Under the pieces are notes generated by a model. It searched no databases, was not told the DNA's origin, and worked only from the letters and a program-made list of their open reading frames with translations. The translations under genes were made by a program, and so were the position numbers. This document shows, one piece after another, positions 16,722 to 26,073 of a stretch of DNA of 33,925 nucleotides; within the stretch, counting starts at the first letter, position 1; every line of letters starts with the position of its first letter. Source of the stretch: Candidatus Iainarchaeum sp. (lineage in GTDB: Archaea > B1Sed10-29); assembly GCA_003551125.1 (NCBI GenBank), contig PULY01000028.1:1-33925 (forward strand), in the 5' to 3' direction.

Positions 16722-17999
16722 TTATTTTTTCTTTGTTACTTCCATTACTTTTCCTGCTGCTATTGTTTTCCCCATGTCTCTCATTGCGAAGCTGGATAGT
16801 TCTGGGAAATCTTTTCCAGATTCAACTATCATTGGTTGTGTTGGTCTCATTGTTACTACTGCTGCGTCTCCTTGTTTTATGTAGTCTGGGTTTTCTTCTT
16901 TTACTTCTCCTGTTTTTGGGTTTAGTTTTTTGTCTATATTTGTTATGCTGCATGCTACTTGAGCTGTGTGGCAGTGTAGTACTGGTTGGTATCCTTTTGT
17001 TATTGCTGATGGGTGGCTTAGCACTATTATTCTTGCTTTGAATTCTTCTGCTACTGTTGGCTTGTTGTCTGGTGTTCCTACTACTGTTCCTCTTTTTAGG
17101 TATCTTTTGTCCACTCCTTTTAGGTTGAATCCTATGTTGTCTCCTGGTTCTGCTTCTTCTATTTCTTTGTGGTGCATTTCTATTTGTTTTACTTCTCCTG
17201 TTTGGTCTCCTGGCATTACTGTTACTTTTTGTCCTTTTTTCAGTACTCCTGTTTCTACTCTTCCTACTGGTACTGTTCCAACTCCTTTTATTGTGTATAC
17301 GTCTTGTATTGGTACTCTTAGGGGTTTGTCTACTGGTTTTTCTGTTTCTTTGAATCCGTCTAATGCGTCTACTAGTGTTTTGCCATCGTACCATGGTGTG
17401 TTGTCTGATTTGTCAACTACATTGTCTCCTTCAAATGCGGAGATTGGTACAAATGGTATTTCATCTGTTTTGTATCCTATTCCTTTCAGTAGTTTTTCTA
17501 CTTCTGCTTTTACTTTTTTGTATTGGTCTTCTTTGTAGTCTGCTGCGTCCATTTTGTTTATTGCTACTGCTATTTGTCCTACTCCAAGTGTTTTTGCTAG
17601 TTGTGCGTGTTCTCTTGTTTGTTCTTGTACTCCGTCACTTGGTTTTCCGGATACTACAAGTACTGCTGCGTCTGCTTGGCTTGTTCCTGTGATCATGTTT
17701 TTTACGAAGTCACTGTGTCCTGGTGCGTCTATTATTGTGAATTTTTTGCTGTCTGTTTCAAATTCTTCGTGCATTACATCGATGGTTACTCCTCTTTCTC
17801 TTTCTTCCTCTAGTCTGTCCATCATGAAAGCGAATGAGAAGCTTGCTCCTGCTTCTGATGCTTTTGCTTCTTCTTCTAGTTTTCTGTATTGTTCTTTTGT
17901 TAGGTTTCCTGAATCGTACATTATTCGTCCTACTGTTGTGGATTTTCCGTGGTCCACGTGTCCTATGAACACTAGGTTCATGTGTGGTTTTTTTGCCAT
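16722..17999 (-). CDS. tuf: translation elongation factor aEF1A (EF-1 alpha)
   Basis: [17 protein letters not shown] and NKMD GTPase motifs, 425 aa. SD is GGAGGTG. Confidence 0.97.
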   Translation of the reverse strand: MAKKPHMNLVFIGHVDHGKSTTVGRIMYDSGNLTKEQYRKLEEEAKASEAGASFSFAFMMDRLEEERERGVTIDVMHEEFETDSKKFTIIDAPGHSDFVKNMITGTSQADAAVLVVSGKPSDGVQEQTREHAQLAKTLGVGQIAVAINKMDAADYKEDQYKKVKAEVEKLLKGIGYKTDEIPFVPISAFEGDNVVDKSDNTPWYDGKTLVDALDGFKETEKPVDKPLRVPIQDVYTIKGVGTVPVGRVETGVLKKGQKVTVMPGDQTGEVKQIEMHHKEIEEAEPGDNIGFNLKGVDKRYLKRGTVVGTPDNKPTVAEEFKARIIVLSHPSAITKGYQPVLHCHTAQVACSITNIDKKLNPKTGEVKEENPDYIKQGDAAVVTMRPTQPMIVESGKDFPELSSFAMRDMGKTIAAGKVMEVTKKK

Positions 18000-18033
18000 G
18001 TAAGCACCTCCGTTAGCGTCATGGATTTATTAA

Positions 18034-18044
18034 TTTTTATATAA
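18034..18044 (-). promoter_or_regulatory. TATA box candidate for tuf
   Basis: The minus strand reads TTATATAAAAA about 40 nt upstream of the ATG. The predicted leader would contain the GGAGGTG SD. Confidence 0.4.
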
Positions 18045-18047
18045 TAT

Positions 18048-18074
18048 CAGTATCTGCGTTCTCGCAGTATCTGC
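18048..18074 (-). repeat. two exact 10-nt direct repeats (plus CAGTATCTGC; minus GCAGATACTG), 17 nt apart, abutting the tuf TATA/BRE
   Basis: The copies lie at 18048-18057 and 18065-18074. Each has the form GCAG-N3-CTG(C), a short inverted half-site pair. Confidence 0.5.
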
Positions 18075-18166
18075 ATATTCTTATCTTTATTGTTCTTATT
18101 CTTATTTATATATATTACAGGGGTAGTGTTGTTCTTCTTTTATTTTTTGCTTTTGATGTGTTCTTG

Positions 18167-20356
18167 TTATATTAGTTCCTCTGGTTTTGGAATTTGTTCC
18201 TTTAATCCTTTTCTTTTTCTTATTTCCATTATCTTTTCTCTTTGTAGACTTTTTGGCAGTGGCTCGTATCCGTAGTATTCTTGACTCCATAGCGCTTTTC
18301 CCTGTGTTATGCTTCTTATGTCGCTTGAGAATCCGAATGTTTCGGCTACGGGTACTTTGGTTGTTACTTTTGTTGTTCTTCCTTTTTGTTCCATGTTTTC
18401 TACTTTTCCTCTTCTGTTCCTTATGTCTTTTGTTATTTCTCCTATGAATTCCTGTGGTGTGTCTATGTAGATTTTTTTCTTTGGTTCCAATAGTTTTGGT
18501 TTTCCCGTTAGTACTGTTGCCTTTATTCCTTTTTTGAGTGTTGGTATTACTTGTGCAGGTCCTCTGTGTACTGCGTCTTCGTGTAGTGATGCATCTTTTA
18601 CAAGTATTTTTGTTCTTGATAGTTTTTCTCTTGCTAGTGGTCCTTCTTCTACTGCTTCTTCGAATGCTTGCACTATTAGATCTTTTGCTTCATTGAGGTA
18701 TTGAACTCCTTTACTTTCATTTATTAGCATGTTGTCTCTTTTTATGCTCCATATGTTTTTCGCTAATTTTTTATCCATTCCGTGTTCTCTTAATTGTTCC
18801 GCTAGTTTCTTTTTATCTTTTATTTCTTGTTCTATTTCTCCTTCTTGTATTGCTTTTGCTATTCCTTCTTCCAGTGGTTCTGCTTGTATTACGAATTGGT
18901 TATGTCTATTTGGTGTTTTTGGTTTTAGTTCCTGTGATTTTTGAGTGGATTGTTCTCTGTATACTACGATTGGTTGGCTTGTTGAGCATTTCACTTTTTT
19001 GTATTTTCTTATTTTTTCTTCGGTTACTTCTAAGTGTAATTCTCCCTGTCCTGATAATCTGTATTCTCCTGTTTCTTCATTTATTTCTACGCTTATGGTT
19101 GGGTCTTCTTTTTCAATTTCTCTCATTGCTTTTATTAATTTTGGCAGTTCTTTTGGATTTTCAGGTTCTATTGATTTTGTTACTACAGGGTCCGAATGAT
19201 GTTCTATGCTTTCGAATGGTATCATGTCTATTTCTGATACCGTTTCTCCTGAGAATGAGTCTCCTATTCCTGTTAAAGCAGCTATGTTTCCAGCTGGTAT
19301 GTCTTTTACTTGTTTTCTTCCTGCTTCCATTGATATGCTTACTTGTTGTATTTTTGCTTCTGCGTGAGTGTTTAATAGTTTTACTTCTTGTCCTTCTCTA
19401 GCTGTTCCGCTGTATATTCTTGCGGTTGCTACCTGTCCTACGTGAGGGTCTTTTTCCAAGTTTGTTACGAGCATTATGGTTTTTCCTTTTTTGTCGCATT
19501 CCTTCATCATTCTTCCTTCTTCTGATTTTGGATCTCCCTTCCATATTTCAGGTATTCTGTATTTTTGTGATTCTTTTGGATTTGGTAAGTGTTTTATTAC
19601 CATATCAAGTACTACAGGGTATACTGGTGATTTTTTAGCCAGTTCTTTTTGATTATCTTCTTTTAGGTATTTATAGATGTCTTTGAATGTTATTCCTGTT
19701 TTTTCCATGTATGGTTTTGATATTCCCCAGTTGTATAGTGCTGATCCGAATGCTACTGATCCGTCTTCCACTGTCATTTGCCATTCTTTTGCTAGTTCTT
19801 TTGTTGGGGCGTAGTTTCTGATCAATTGGTTTACTTCTTTTATTGTGTCTATTAGTCTTTTTTGAAGTTCTTCTTCATCTACTTGTAATTCGGTGATTAG
19901 TCTATCTACTTTGTTTATGTATAGTATGGGTTTGACTTTTTCTTTGAGTGCTTGTCTTACTACTGTTTCTGTTTGGGGCATTATTCCTTCTACTGCTCCT
20001 ACTACTATTACACATCCATCTACTGCTCTCATGGCTCTTGTTACTTCTCCTCCGAAGTCAACGTGTCCTGGTGTGTCTATTAAGTTTATTAAGTATTCAT
20101 CATCATCGAATTCGTAGACCATGGATATGTTTGCACTTTCTATGGTTATTCCTCTTTCTTGTTCTTCTTCCATTGTGTCCATTACTAGTTCTTGTCCTGC
20201 AAGTTCTCCACTCATTAGTCCTGCTCCATAGATCAGGTTGTCTGATAATGTTGTTTTTCCGTGATCTATATGTGCTGCTATTCCTATGTTTCTTACATTT
20301 TCTGTTTTTTCCATTATTTCTCGTGCTTTTTTAGCCATTCGTTCTTTTCTGCCCAT
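18167..20356 (-). CDS. fusA: translation elongation factor aEF2
   Basis: AHIDHGKTT, DTPGHVDF and NKVDR motifs, plus the diphthamide-loop region HEDAVHRGPAQ. 729 aa. Confidence 0.97.
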   Translation of the reverse strand: MGRKERMAKKAREIMEKTENVRNIGIAAHIDHGKTTLSDNLIYGAGLMSGELAGQELVMDTMEEEQERGITIESANISMVYEFDDDEYLINLIDTPGHVDFGGEVTRAMRAVDGCVIVVGAVEGIMPQTETVVRQALKEKVKPILYINKVDRLITELQVDEEELQKRLIDTIKEVNQLIRNYAPTKELAKEWQMTVEDGSVAFGSALYNWGISKPYMEKTGITFKDIYKYLKEDNQKELAKKSPVYPVVLDMVIKHLPNPKESQKYRIPEIWKGDPKSEEGRMMKECDKKGKTIMLVTNLEKDPHVGQVATARIYSGTAREGQEVKLLNTHAEAKIQQVSISMEAGRKQVKDIPAGNIAALTGIGDSFSGETVSEIDMIPFESIEHHSDPVVTKSIEPENPKELPKLIKAMREIEKEDPTISVEINEETGEYRLSGQGELHLEVTEEKIRKYKKVKCSTSQPIVVYREQSTQKSQELKPKTPNRHNQFVIQAEPLEEGIAKAIQEGEIEQEIKDKKKLAEQLREHGMDKKLAKNIWSIKRDNMLINESKGVQYLNEAKDLIVQAFEEAVEEGPLAREKLSRTKILVKDASLHEDAVHRGPAQVIPTLKKGIKATVLTGKPKLLEPKKKIYIDTPQEFIGEITKDIRNRRGKVENMEQKGRTTKVTTKVPVAETFGFSSDIRSITQGKALWSQEYYGYEPLPKSLQREKIMEIRKRKGLKEQIPKPEELI

Positions 20357-20399
20357 TTTTATCTCCTTTAATTATTTGATTTTTAGAATTCTCAGTTTG

Positions 20400-20996
20400 C
20401 TATTTTGAACTTTCTGCTATTCTTTCTGCATTTATTTTTTGTGCTACTGAGAATGAACTTGAATCTGAATTTGATGCTTTTATTAATTCGTCTTTTAGTG
20501 CTTCTGATACCGATTTTTTTGAGTTATATGTGTTTATTGCTACTGATTTACCTATATTTCTTATTGAGAAGTCTACTCTTCTTTTTGGTGATGTGTCTAC
20601 TGGTTGATGTCTTTTTATTCCTCCTCTTTGTATCATGGTTGTTTCTTCTCTTGGTGCTGAGTTTTCTATTGCTCTTACAAGTATTTCTATTGGGTTTTTT
20701 CCTGTTTCTTCCTCTATTTTTTCAAATGTTTCCTTCACATTTTTGTACATCTTGCTTTTCTTACCTGTTCCTCCTTTATGTCTTATTACTTTTCCACTTA
20801 TTTTTCTTCCGGTTCCTCCTCTCATGAGTGTATTGATTAATCTTTCCACTATGTTTACGTTTGCTCCTATTGGTTCTTTTACTTGTTTCCCTTGATTGTG
20901 AATAGGTGTTTCTGGATCCAGGTTTATGTATCTCTTTAGTCCTGGGTCTTTTACTTCTATTTCTTCTGTACTCCATTTTCCAAGTATTTTTTCCAT
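20400..20996 (-). CDS. rps7: 30S ribosomal protein uS7
   Basis: Contains ILGKWSTEEIEVKDPGLKRYINL. The start is set to ATG 20994-20996; the track's GTG 9 nt upstream is an alternative. Confidence 0.95.
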   Translation of the reverse strand: MEKILGKWSTEEIEVKDPGLKRYINLDPETPIHNQGKQVKEPIGANVNIVERLINTLMRGGTGRKISGKVIRHKGGTGKKSKMYKNVKETFEKIEEETGKNPIEILVRAIENSAPREETTMIQRGGIKRHQPVDTSPKRRVDFSIRNIGKSVAINTYNSKKSVSEALKDELIKASNSDSSSFSVAQKINAERIAESSK

Positions 20997-21010
20997 TTTT
21001 TTCACTTTTT

Positions 21011-21439
21011 CTATCTTTGTGGTTTTTCTATTTTTCCTTTTATTACTTCTTTGAGTGATACTCCGTTGACTTTTATTATTCTGTATTTTACTCCGACCAT
21101 TGTTCCTACTGGTCCTCCTTGTGCTCCTCCTGCTCCTTCTATTAGTACTTCGTCATGTTCATCTATTATGTTTACTGCTCCTTCTTTTGGCATGTGTACT
21201 GTCACTACTTTTCCGTTTTTCAGTAGTTGTACTCTTGCACATTTGATTATTCCTGAGGAGGGTTGTTTTTGTTCTATTCCTTTTTTCTGTAGGACTATTC
21301 CTCTAGCTTGTGGTGCTCCTTCCAGTGGGTCTTGAAGTCTTCCAGCTTTTTTTCTCATTCTCTTTACGTACTTGCTGTCGCTCCATCTATCTTTTTTTCT
21401 TTTTTCTTTGAGTTTTCTTGCTGCGAATTCTCCTGGCAT
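21011..21439 (-). CDS. rps12: 30S ribosomal protein uS12
   Basis: Contains [36 protein letters not shown]. Synteny supports the call. Confidence 0.95.
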   Translation of the reverse strand: MPGEFAARKLKEKRKKDRWSDSKYVKRMRKKAGRLQDPLEGAPQARGIVLQKKGIEQKQPSSGIIKCARVQLLKNGKVVTVHMPKEGAVNIIDEHDEVLIEGAGGAQGGPVGTMVGVKYRIIKVNGVSLKEVIKGKIEKPQR

Positions 21440-21529
21440 TTTTTCTTACCTCTGTGTTTTTTTGAGCGTTATTTTTTTGTTTTTTGAGTTATTTATTGTT
21501 TTTGTAGTTTCTTTCCTTATTTTTTAATT

Positions 21530-21937
21530 TTAAATGATTTTTATGTTTTCTATATCGAAGTGTCTCTTTGTCAGTTCTTTTACTTTTCTTACTTTTTTTC
21601 CTTTTCTTCCTATTGTTCTCTTTTTGTCCGAAGGATCCACTTTTATTCTTACTTCTCCGTCTTTTTCCTGTATTTTTTTCGGTTCTACAGGATAGAATAA
21701 GTTTCTTATAAATTCTTCGAGATCTTCAGAGTATTTGTAAACGTGTATCTTTTTTCCTAGTTTCCTTTTAACTTTGTTGATCATTGATCCTTCTTTTCCT
21801 ATTGCTAGTCCTAAATCTTCGGGTTTTACTAGTATTGTTGCTTCTTCTTCATTTATTATACAGTCTTTTACTGTTGCTCCTGTGATTTCTTCAAATATGT
21901 TTATGGTTTTGATTTCTTTTGATCCGTATTTGATCAT
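21530..21937 (-). CDS. nusA: archaeal NusA-like KH-domain protein
   Basis: 135 aa with two KH-like segments (LGLAIGKEGSMINKV; RTIGRKGKKVRKV). Sits in the conserved slot between eL30 and uS12. Confidence 0.85.
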   Translation of the reverse strand: MIKYGSKEIKTINIFEEITGATVKDCIINEEEATILVKPEDLGLAIGKEGSMINKVKRKLGKKIHVYKYSEDLEEFIRNLFYPVEPKKIQEKDGEVRIKVDPSDKKRTIGRKGKKVRKVKELTKRHFDIENIKII

Positions 21938-21989
21938 TTTGTTCCCTTTTGTTCTGTTTTTCCTTGTTTACTTTTGTTTTTCTTTGTTT

Positions 21990-22292
21990 TTATTCTATTT
22001 CTTTTTTGTTGACTGTTCCTGTGTCTTCAATTGTTATTGTTGTGGTTAAATGTGGTCTTCTGCAGGTTTCTCCTAGTTCCAGACTTGTTCCGGGATATGT
22101 TTTTAGGAGTATATTTTTTTCCTTTGTTTTTTCTTTTATTTCTTTTTTTATTTCTCTAGGGGTGTTCTTCGCTATTATCACTATTTCTACTTTTCCTTCT
22201 TCTATTTTTTCTTTTGTTTCTTTTGTACCGTATGTTATTTTACCTGTTCTTATTATTTCTTTTATTGCTTTTTCTATTTCCATTTTGATCAT
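21990..22292 (-). CDS. rpl30e: 50S ribosomal protein eL30
   Basis: Contains IIRTGKITYGTKETKEKIEEGKVEIVIIAKNTP...YPGTSLELGETC. Follows rpoA''. Confidence 0.85.
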   Translation of the reverse strand: MIKMEIEKAIKEIIRTGKITYGTKETKEKIEEGKVEIVIIAKNTPREIKKEIKEKTKEKNILLKTYPGTSLELGETCRRPHLTTTITIEDTGTVNKKEIE

Positions 22293-22301
22293 CGTTTTCT
22301 T

Positions 22302-23456
22302 TTAGTTTTTTTGTTTTTCCAGGTCTATTCTTAGGTCGACCATTCCTGTTCCAACTGGTATTGGGTTTCCAACTATTATGTTTTCTGCTACTCCTTTTAG
22401 TTCATCTTTTTCTCCTTTTTGAGCTGCTTTTAGAAGATGTTTGATTTGTTCTTCAAATGCTGCTCTTGCTAGTACTGATTCCTTTTCTCCTGATATTCCA
22501 TGTCTTCCTATTGGTGTTGGTCTTCCGCTTCTTGTTAATGCATCTGATATTAGGAGTATATGTCTTTTGTTTATATTATATTCTTCCGTTATTTCCATTA
22601 GTTCTTTGTACAGCATTTTTCTCGTTGCTTCTATTCCAAGTGTTTTGTATATTTCAGGGATTGAGTTTGAATCTGTCTTCTCTGGGTCTATGTCATCTGT
22701 TTTTAGAACTTCTTTTAGGTTTGATCCATCTGTGTGTATTTCGTATCTTGTTTCTCCATTTTCTTCTTTCTCTACTAATGTTGCTTTTTCTATTCCTTCT
22801 ATTCCTATTATTCTTGTGTTTTCCGCTTTTTCTACATATCTTCTGAGTGATTTTAGAGTTGATGCTTTTGGTTTGAATATTATTTTATCTTTTTCTATTT
22901 TTTCAGGTTTTCTTCTAATTTTTTCTTTTATTTTTTCCGCGATTTCATTCATTTCTATTCCTAGTTTTTCTATTTTTTCCATGTCGGGTTTTATTATTAT
23001 TTTTTCTTCAACCAGGTCTTCTTCTACTTTTCCTATGTCATTTGTTTTTGTTTCTTCAATTTTTTTCGCAATTTTTACTACTTTTTCTTTGTTTTTTTCT
23101 ATTTCTTTTTTTGGTCTTATTCTACATACTTCTTTCTTAGGTGTTTTTCTAGTTTCTATTAGCTCTTCAAGTCTTGGAAGTCCTTGTACTACGCTTACTC
23201 CTTCTGATAGTCCTGCCACGTGGAATGTTTTTAACGTCATTTGTGTTGCTCTTTCACCTATCGATTGTGCTGCTATTGCTCCTGCTGCTTCTCCTGGTTC
23301 CACTTGTCTTTTTTTGTATTCTTTTAGTACTTCTTCCATTACTTTTTCTGTTTGTTTCTGGTTTAGGTCCTTTGTTTCTTTTTTTGTCTCTTCTAGAAGT
23401 TTTTCAGGGAGTTCTTCTTCGTATTTTTGATAGATTTTTTTCTTTCCTTTTGCCAT
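22302..23456 (-). CDS. rpoA2: DNA-directed RNA polymerase subunit A'' (Rpo1C)
   Basis: Contains PGEAAGAIAAQSIGERATQMTLKTFHVAG and a C-terminal ...VGNPIPVGTG. 384 aa. Confidence 0.95.
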   Translation of the reverse strand: MAKGKKKIYQKYEEELPEKLLEETKKETKDLNQKQTEKVMEEVLKEYKKRQVEPGEAAGAIAAQSIGERATQMTLKTFHVAGLSEGVSVVQGLPRLEELIETRKTPKKEVCRIRPKKEIEKNKEKVVKIAKKIEETKTNDIGKVEEDLVEEKIIIKPDMEKIEKLGIEMNEIAEKIKEKIRRKPEKIEKDKIIFKPKASTLKSLRRYVEKAENTRIIGIEGIEKATLVEKEENGETRYEIHTDGSNLKEVLKTDDIDPEKTDSNSIPEIYKTLGIEATRKMLYKELMEITEEYNINKRHILLISDALTRSGRPTPIGRHGISGEKESVLARAAFEEQIKHLLKAAQKGEKDELKGVAENIIVGNPIPVGTGMVDLRIDLEKQKN

Positions 23457-23469
23457 TTTATCTCCTTTC

Positions 23470-26004
23470 TTATTTTTTTTCCTTTAATACTTTGTTTTTT
23501 ATCTTTTTGATGTCTATTCCTACTTCTCCTCTTGTGTTTTGAGGATGTATCTTGTCTTCCCCGTAGTTGAATTGAATTATTTGGTTTGATGCGCTTCTGA
23601 CTGTTTTATCTTGTTCCACTTTTAGATCTATTAATGCGTTTGCTGCTCTTTTGTATAGGTATCCTGAGTCTCTTGTGTTTAGTCCTTTGTCTATCTCTGA
23701 GTCTCTTCCATCCATCGCGTTTTGGAATAATTGTATTGGTGTCAGTCCTTCTAAGAATGAATTTGGTATGAATCCTCTGTCTTGAGGTGATAGTGTTTCT
23801 CTTTTTTGGTGAGGGAGTATTCTTCCTTTGTATCCTTTTTCAAGTCTTTTACCTTCTACTGCTGCTTGTCCAAGTGCTGAGCTCATTTGTACTAGGTTTT
23901 TCCAGTCTCCTCTTGCTCCACTTTTTGTCATTATTACTCCTGGGTTTTTTGGATCGAAGCTTCTGTATACTAAATCTTTTAGTTCACTGTTTATTTCACT
24001 CATTTTTTCTCTTACTTTTGCTTCAAGTGTTTCTTTTTCAGTTTTACCTGGATATGGTTCCAGTCTTCCTTCTTTGTATGCTTTGATATCTTTTTTTGCT
24101 TCGTCTTCTTTTTTCTTGATTATTTTTTTCCTTTCTTTATTTATTTTTTCATCTAACTCGTAATCTTTCATTGTGATTGTGTGTCCTTTCATCATTAATG
24201 CTTCCACTGTTACTCTTCCTATTCTATCTATAAATCTTCTCGCTTCTTCTACTCCCTCTTCATCCGCTATTTCTCTTGTTAGTTTTCCTCCTGGTCCGAA
24301 TGTGTTTTCGTCAAGTGTTCCTGTCTTTATCTGTCCGTCTTCTATTTTTACTTTTTCTTCTGATAAGTTGCTTTTTCCTTCCATATCTATTGAATTTGGA
24401 ATTAATTCGCTTATAATCTCTCTTCCAGTGTATTCTTTTTTGTCTTTATCTCCGGGTAGTTTGTTTATTCCTGCTTTTTTGAGAAGTCTCAGTGTTTCTT
24501 TTTTTGTGAATTTTGTTCCTTTGGTTGTCATGACTGCTAGTCCTGTTACATAGTCTTGGTGTCCCGCTAATATTTCTCCGTCTTTTGGTGATAGCAGGTT
24601 TTCACTTACTCTTAGTAAGTTATCTGCTTCTACTTGTGCTTCAGTTGTTTGCGGTATATGTACATTCATCTCGTCTCCATCGAAGTCCGCGTTATAAGGT
24701 ATTGCGATTCCGTCATTTATTCTGATTGTTTTTCCAGGCATTATTTTTGCTCTGTGAGCCATCATTGATTGTCTGTGTAGACTTGGTTGTCTGTTGAATA
24801 TTACAGGATCTCCATCTTTTAGCTGTCTTTCTACTGTGTACCCTGGTTCTAATTCTTCAATTAATTCTTCCTTGTTGAATTCGGTTATTTTGATTTTTTC
24901 TCCAGTTGGTCTTTTCACGTAATTTGCTTTTGGATGTTCTTCATTTTCTATGTATTCTTTCGCTTTTTCTATGTTTTTCTTCGTTACTTTCATTGGCACT
25001 GTTAGTTCTTCAGCCATTTCTAATGGCATTCCTACTTCTCCTATTGATATTGATGGGTCTGGACTTATTACTGATCTTCCTGAGAAATTCACTCTTTTTC
25101 CCGTTAGGTTTCCTTTTATTCTTCCTTCTTTTCCTTTTATTCTTTCAAAGAGCGTTTGTAATGATTTTCCTGATCTGTGTTTAGCTGCTGGTATTCCAGT
25201 TGTACTGTTATTCATGAAGGTAGTTACATGGTATTGTAATAGGTCCCATAGGTCCTCTATAATTGGTTGTGGTGCTCCTGCTGATAGATTATCCGCTAAT
25301 CTTTGGTTTATTCTCAATAAATCTATTAATTTATGTGTTAAATCATCTTCTGATCTGTCTCCCGATTCCAGTGTTATTGATGGTCTTGTGGTTGCTGGTG
25401 GTACGGGTAGTACTGTTAGTATCATCCATTCTGGTTTGTTTTCTTTACTTATATTAAGTGGTTCAAGATGTTCTTCTGGTATTCTCTCTAATCTTTCTCT
25501 TATTTCATTTGGTCTTAGTCTTTGTCCATTTTCCCTGTAGCTGGTTGGTTTTATGAATTCTATCTTTTTTTGTTCCGCTTCACAGTGTGGGCATTTTTCT
25601 CTTTTCTTAGCTTTGTTTCTTATTTTTCTGAATTGATAGATTCCTTTTTCCGGTTCTTTTTCAATTTCCTTTACTTTTTCTTCCGTTAGTGTTATTTTTC
25701 CGCATTCGCTGCAGGTTGTTCTTAATAAATCGTATATTTTTCTTCCAAATCCAACGTGTATTACTGGTCTTACGAGTTCTATGTGTCCAAAGTGTCCAGG
25801 GCAAGTGTCTTTTCTTCCTCCGCATGTTTTGCACCTTAGTCCAGGGTTTACTACTCCCATTTTTAGGTCCATTAATCCTCCTTCTATTGGGTATCCTGCA
25901 TCGTCGTATATGTCAGGTACTACGACTCTTATAGCGGACATTTCCCTTACTGTTTCTGGATCCATTAATCGAAAGCTTATTTCTCCTATTTCTTTTTCTA
26001 TCAT
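23470..26004 (-). CDS. rpoA1: DNA-directed RNA polymerase subunit A' (Rpo1N)
   Basis: Catalytic NADFDGDEMN motif, an N-terminal Zn motif CKTCGGRKDTCPGHFGH, and RQPSLHRQSMM. 844 aa. Confidence 0.97.
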   Translation of the reverse strand: MIEKEIGEISFRLMDPETVREMSAIRVVVPDIYDDAGYPIEGGLMDLKMGVVNPGLRCKTCGGRKDTCPGHFGHIELVRPVIHVGFGRKIYDLLRTTCSECGKITLTEEKVKEIEKEPEKGIYQFRKIRNKAKKREKCPHCEAEQKKIEFIKPTSYRENGQRLRPNEIRERLERIPEEHLEPLNISKENKPEWMILTVLPVPPATTRPSITLESGDRSEDDLTHKLIDLLRINQRLADNLSAGAPQPIIEDLWDLLQYHVTTFMNNSTTGIPAAKHRSGKSLQTLFERIKGKEGRIKGNLTGKRVNFSGRSVISPDPSISIGEVGMPLEMAEELTVPMKVTKKNIEKAKEYIENEEHPKANYVKRPTGEKIKITEFNKEELIEELEPGYTVERQLKDGDPVIFNRQPSLHRQSMMAHRAKIMPGKTIRINDGIAIPYNADFDGDEMNVHIPQTTEAQVEADNLLRVSENLLSPKDGEILAGHQDYVTGLAVMTTKGTKFTKKETLRLLKKAGINKLPGDKDKKEYTGREIISELIPNSIDMEGKSNLSEEKVKIEDGQIKTGTLDENTFGPGGKLTREIADEEGVEEARRFIDRIGRVTVEALMMKGHTITMKDYELDEKINKERKKIIKKKEDEAKKDIKAYKEGRLEPYPGKTEKETLEAKVREKMSEINSELKDLVYRSFDPKNPGVIMTKSGARGDWKNLVQMSSALGQAAVEGKRLEKGYKGRILPHQKRETLSPQDRGFIPNSFLEGLTPIQLFQNAMDGRDSEIDKGLNTRDSGYLYKRAANALIDLKVEQDKTVRSASNQIIQFNYGEDKIHPQNTRGEVGIDIKKIKNKVLKEKK

Positions 26005-26073
26005 TTTAATCGTCTTTTTTTATTTTTACAATGCTTTCTATCGTTTCTGGGTCTAACATTTTTTATCTCTTTT

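Noticed and set aside
16822-17394. 190-aa same-strand alternative-frame ORF inside tuf (R/N/S/K-rich)
   Set aside because: The purine-rich, T-poor coding strand suppresses stops in the shifted frame. There is no SD and the sequence is not protein-like, so it is not evidence of an overlapping gene.
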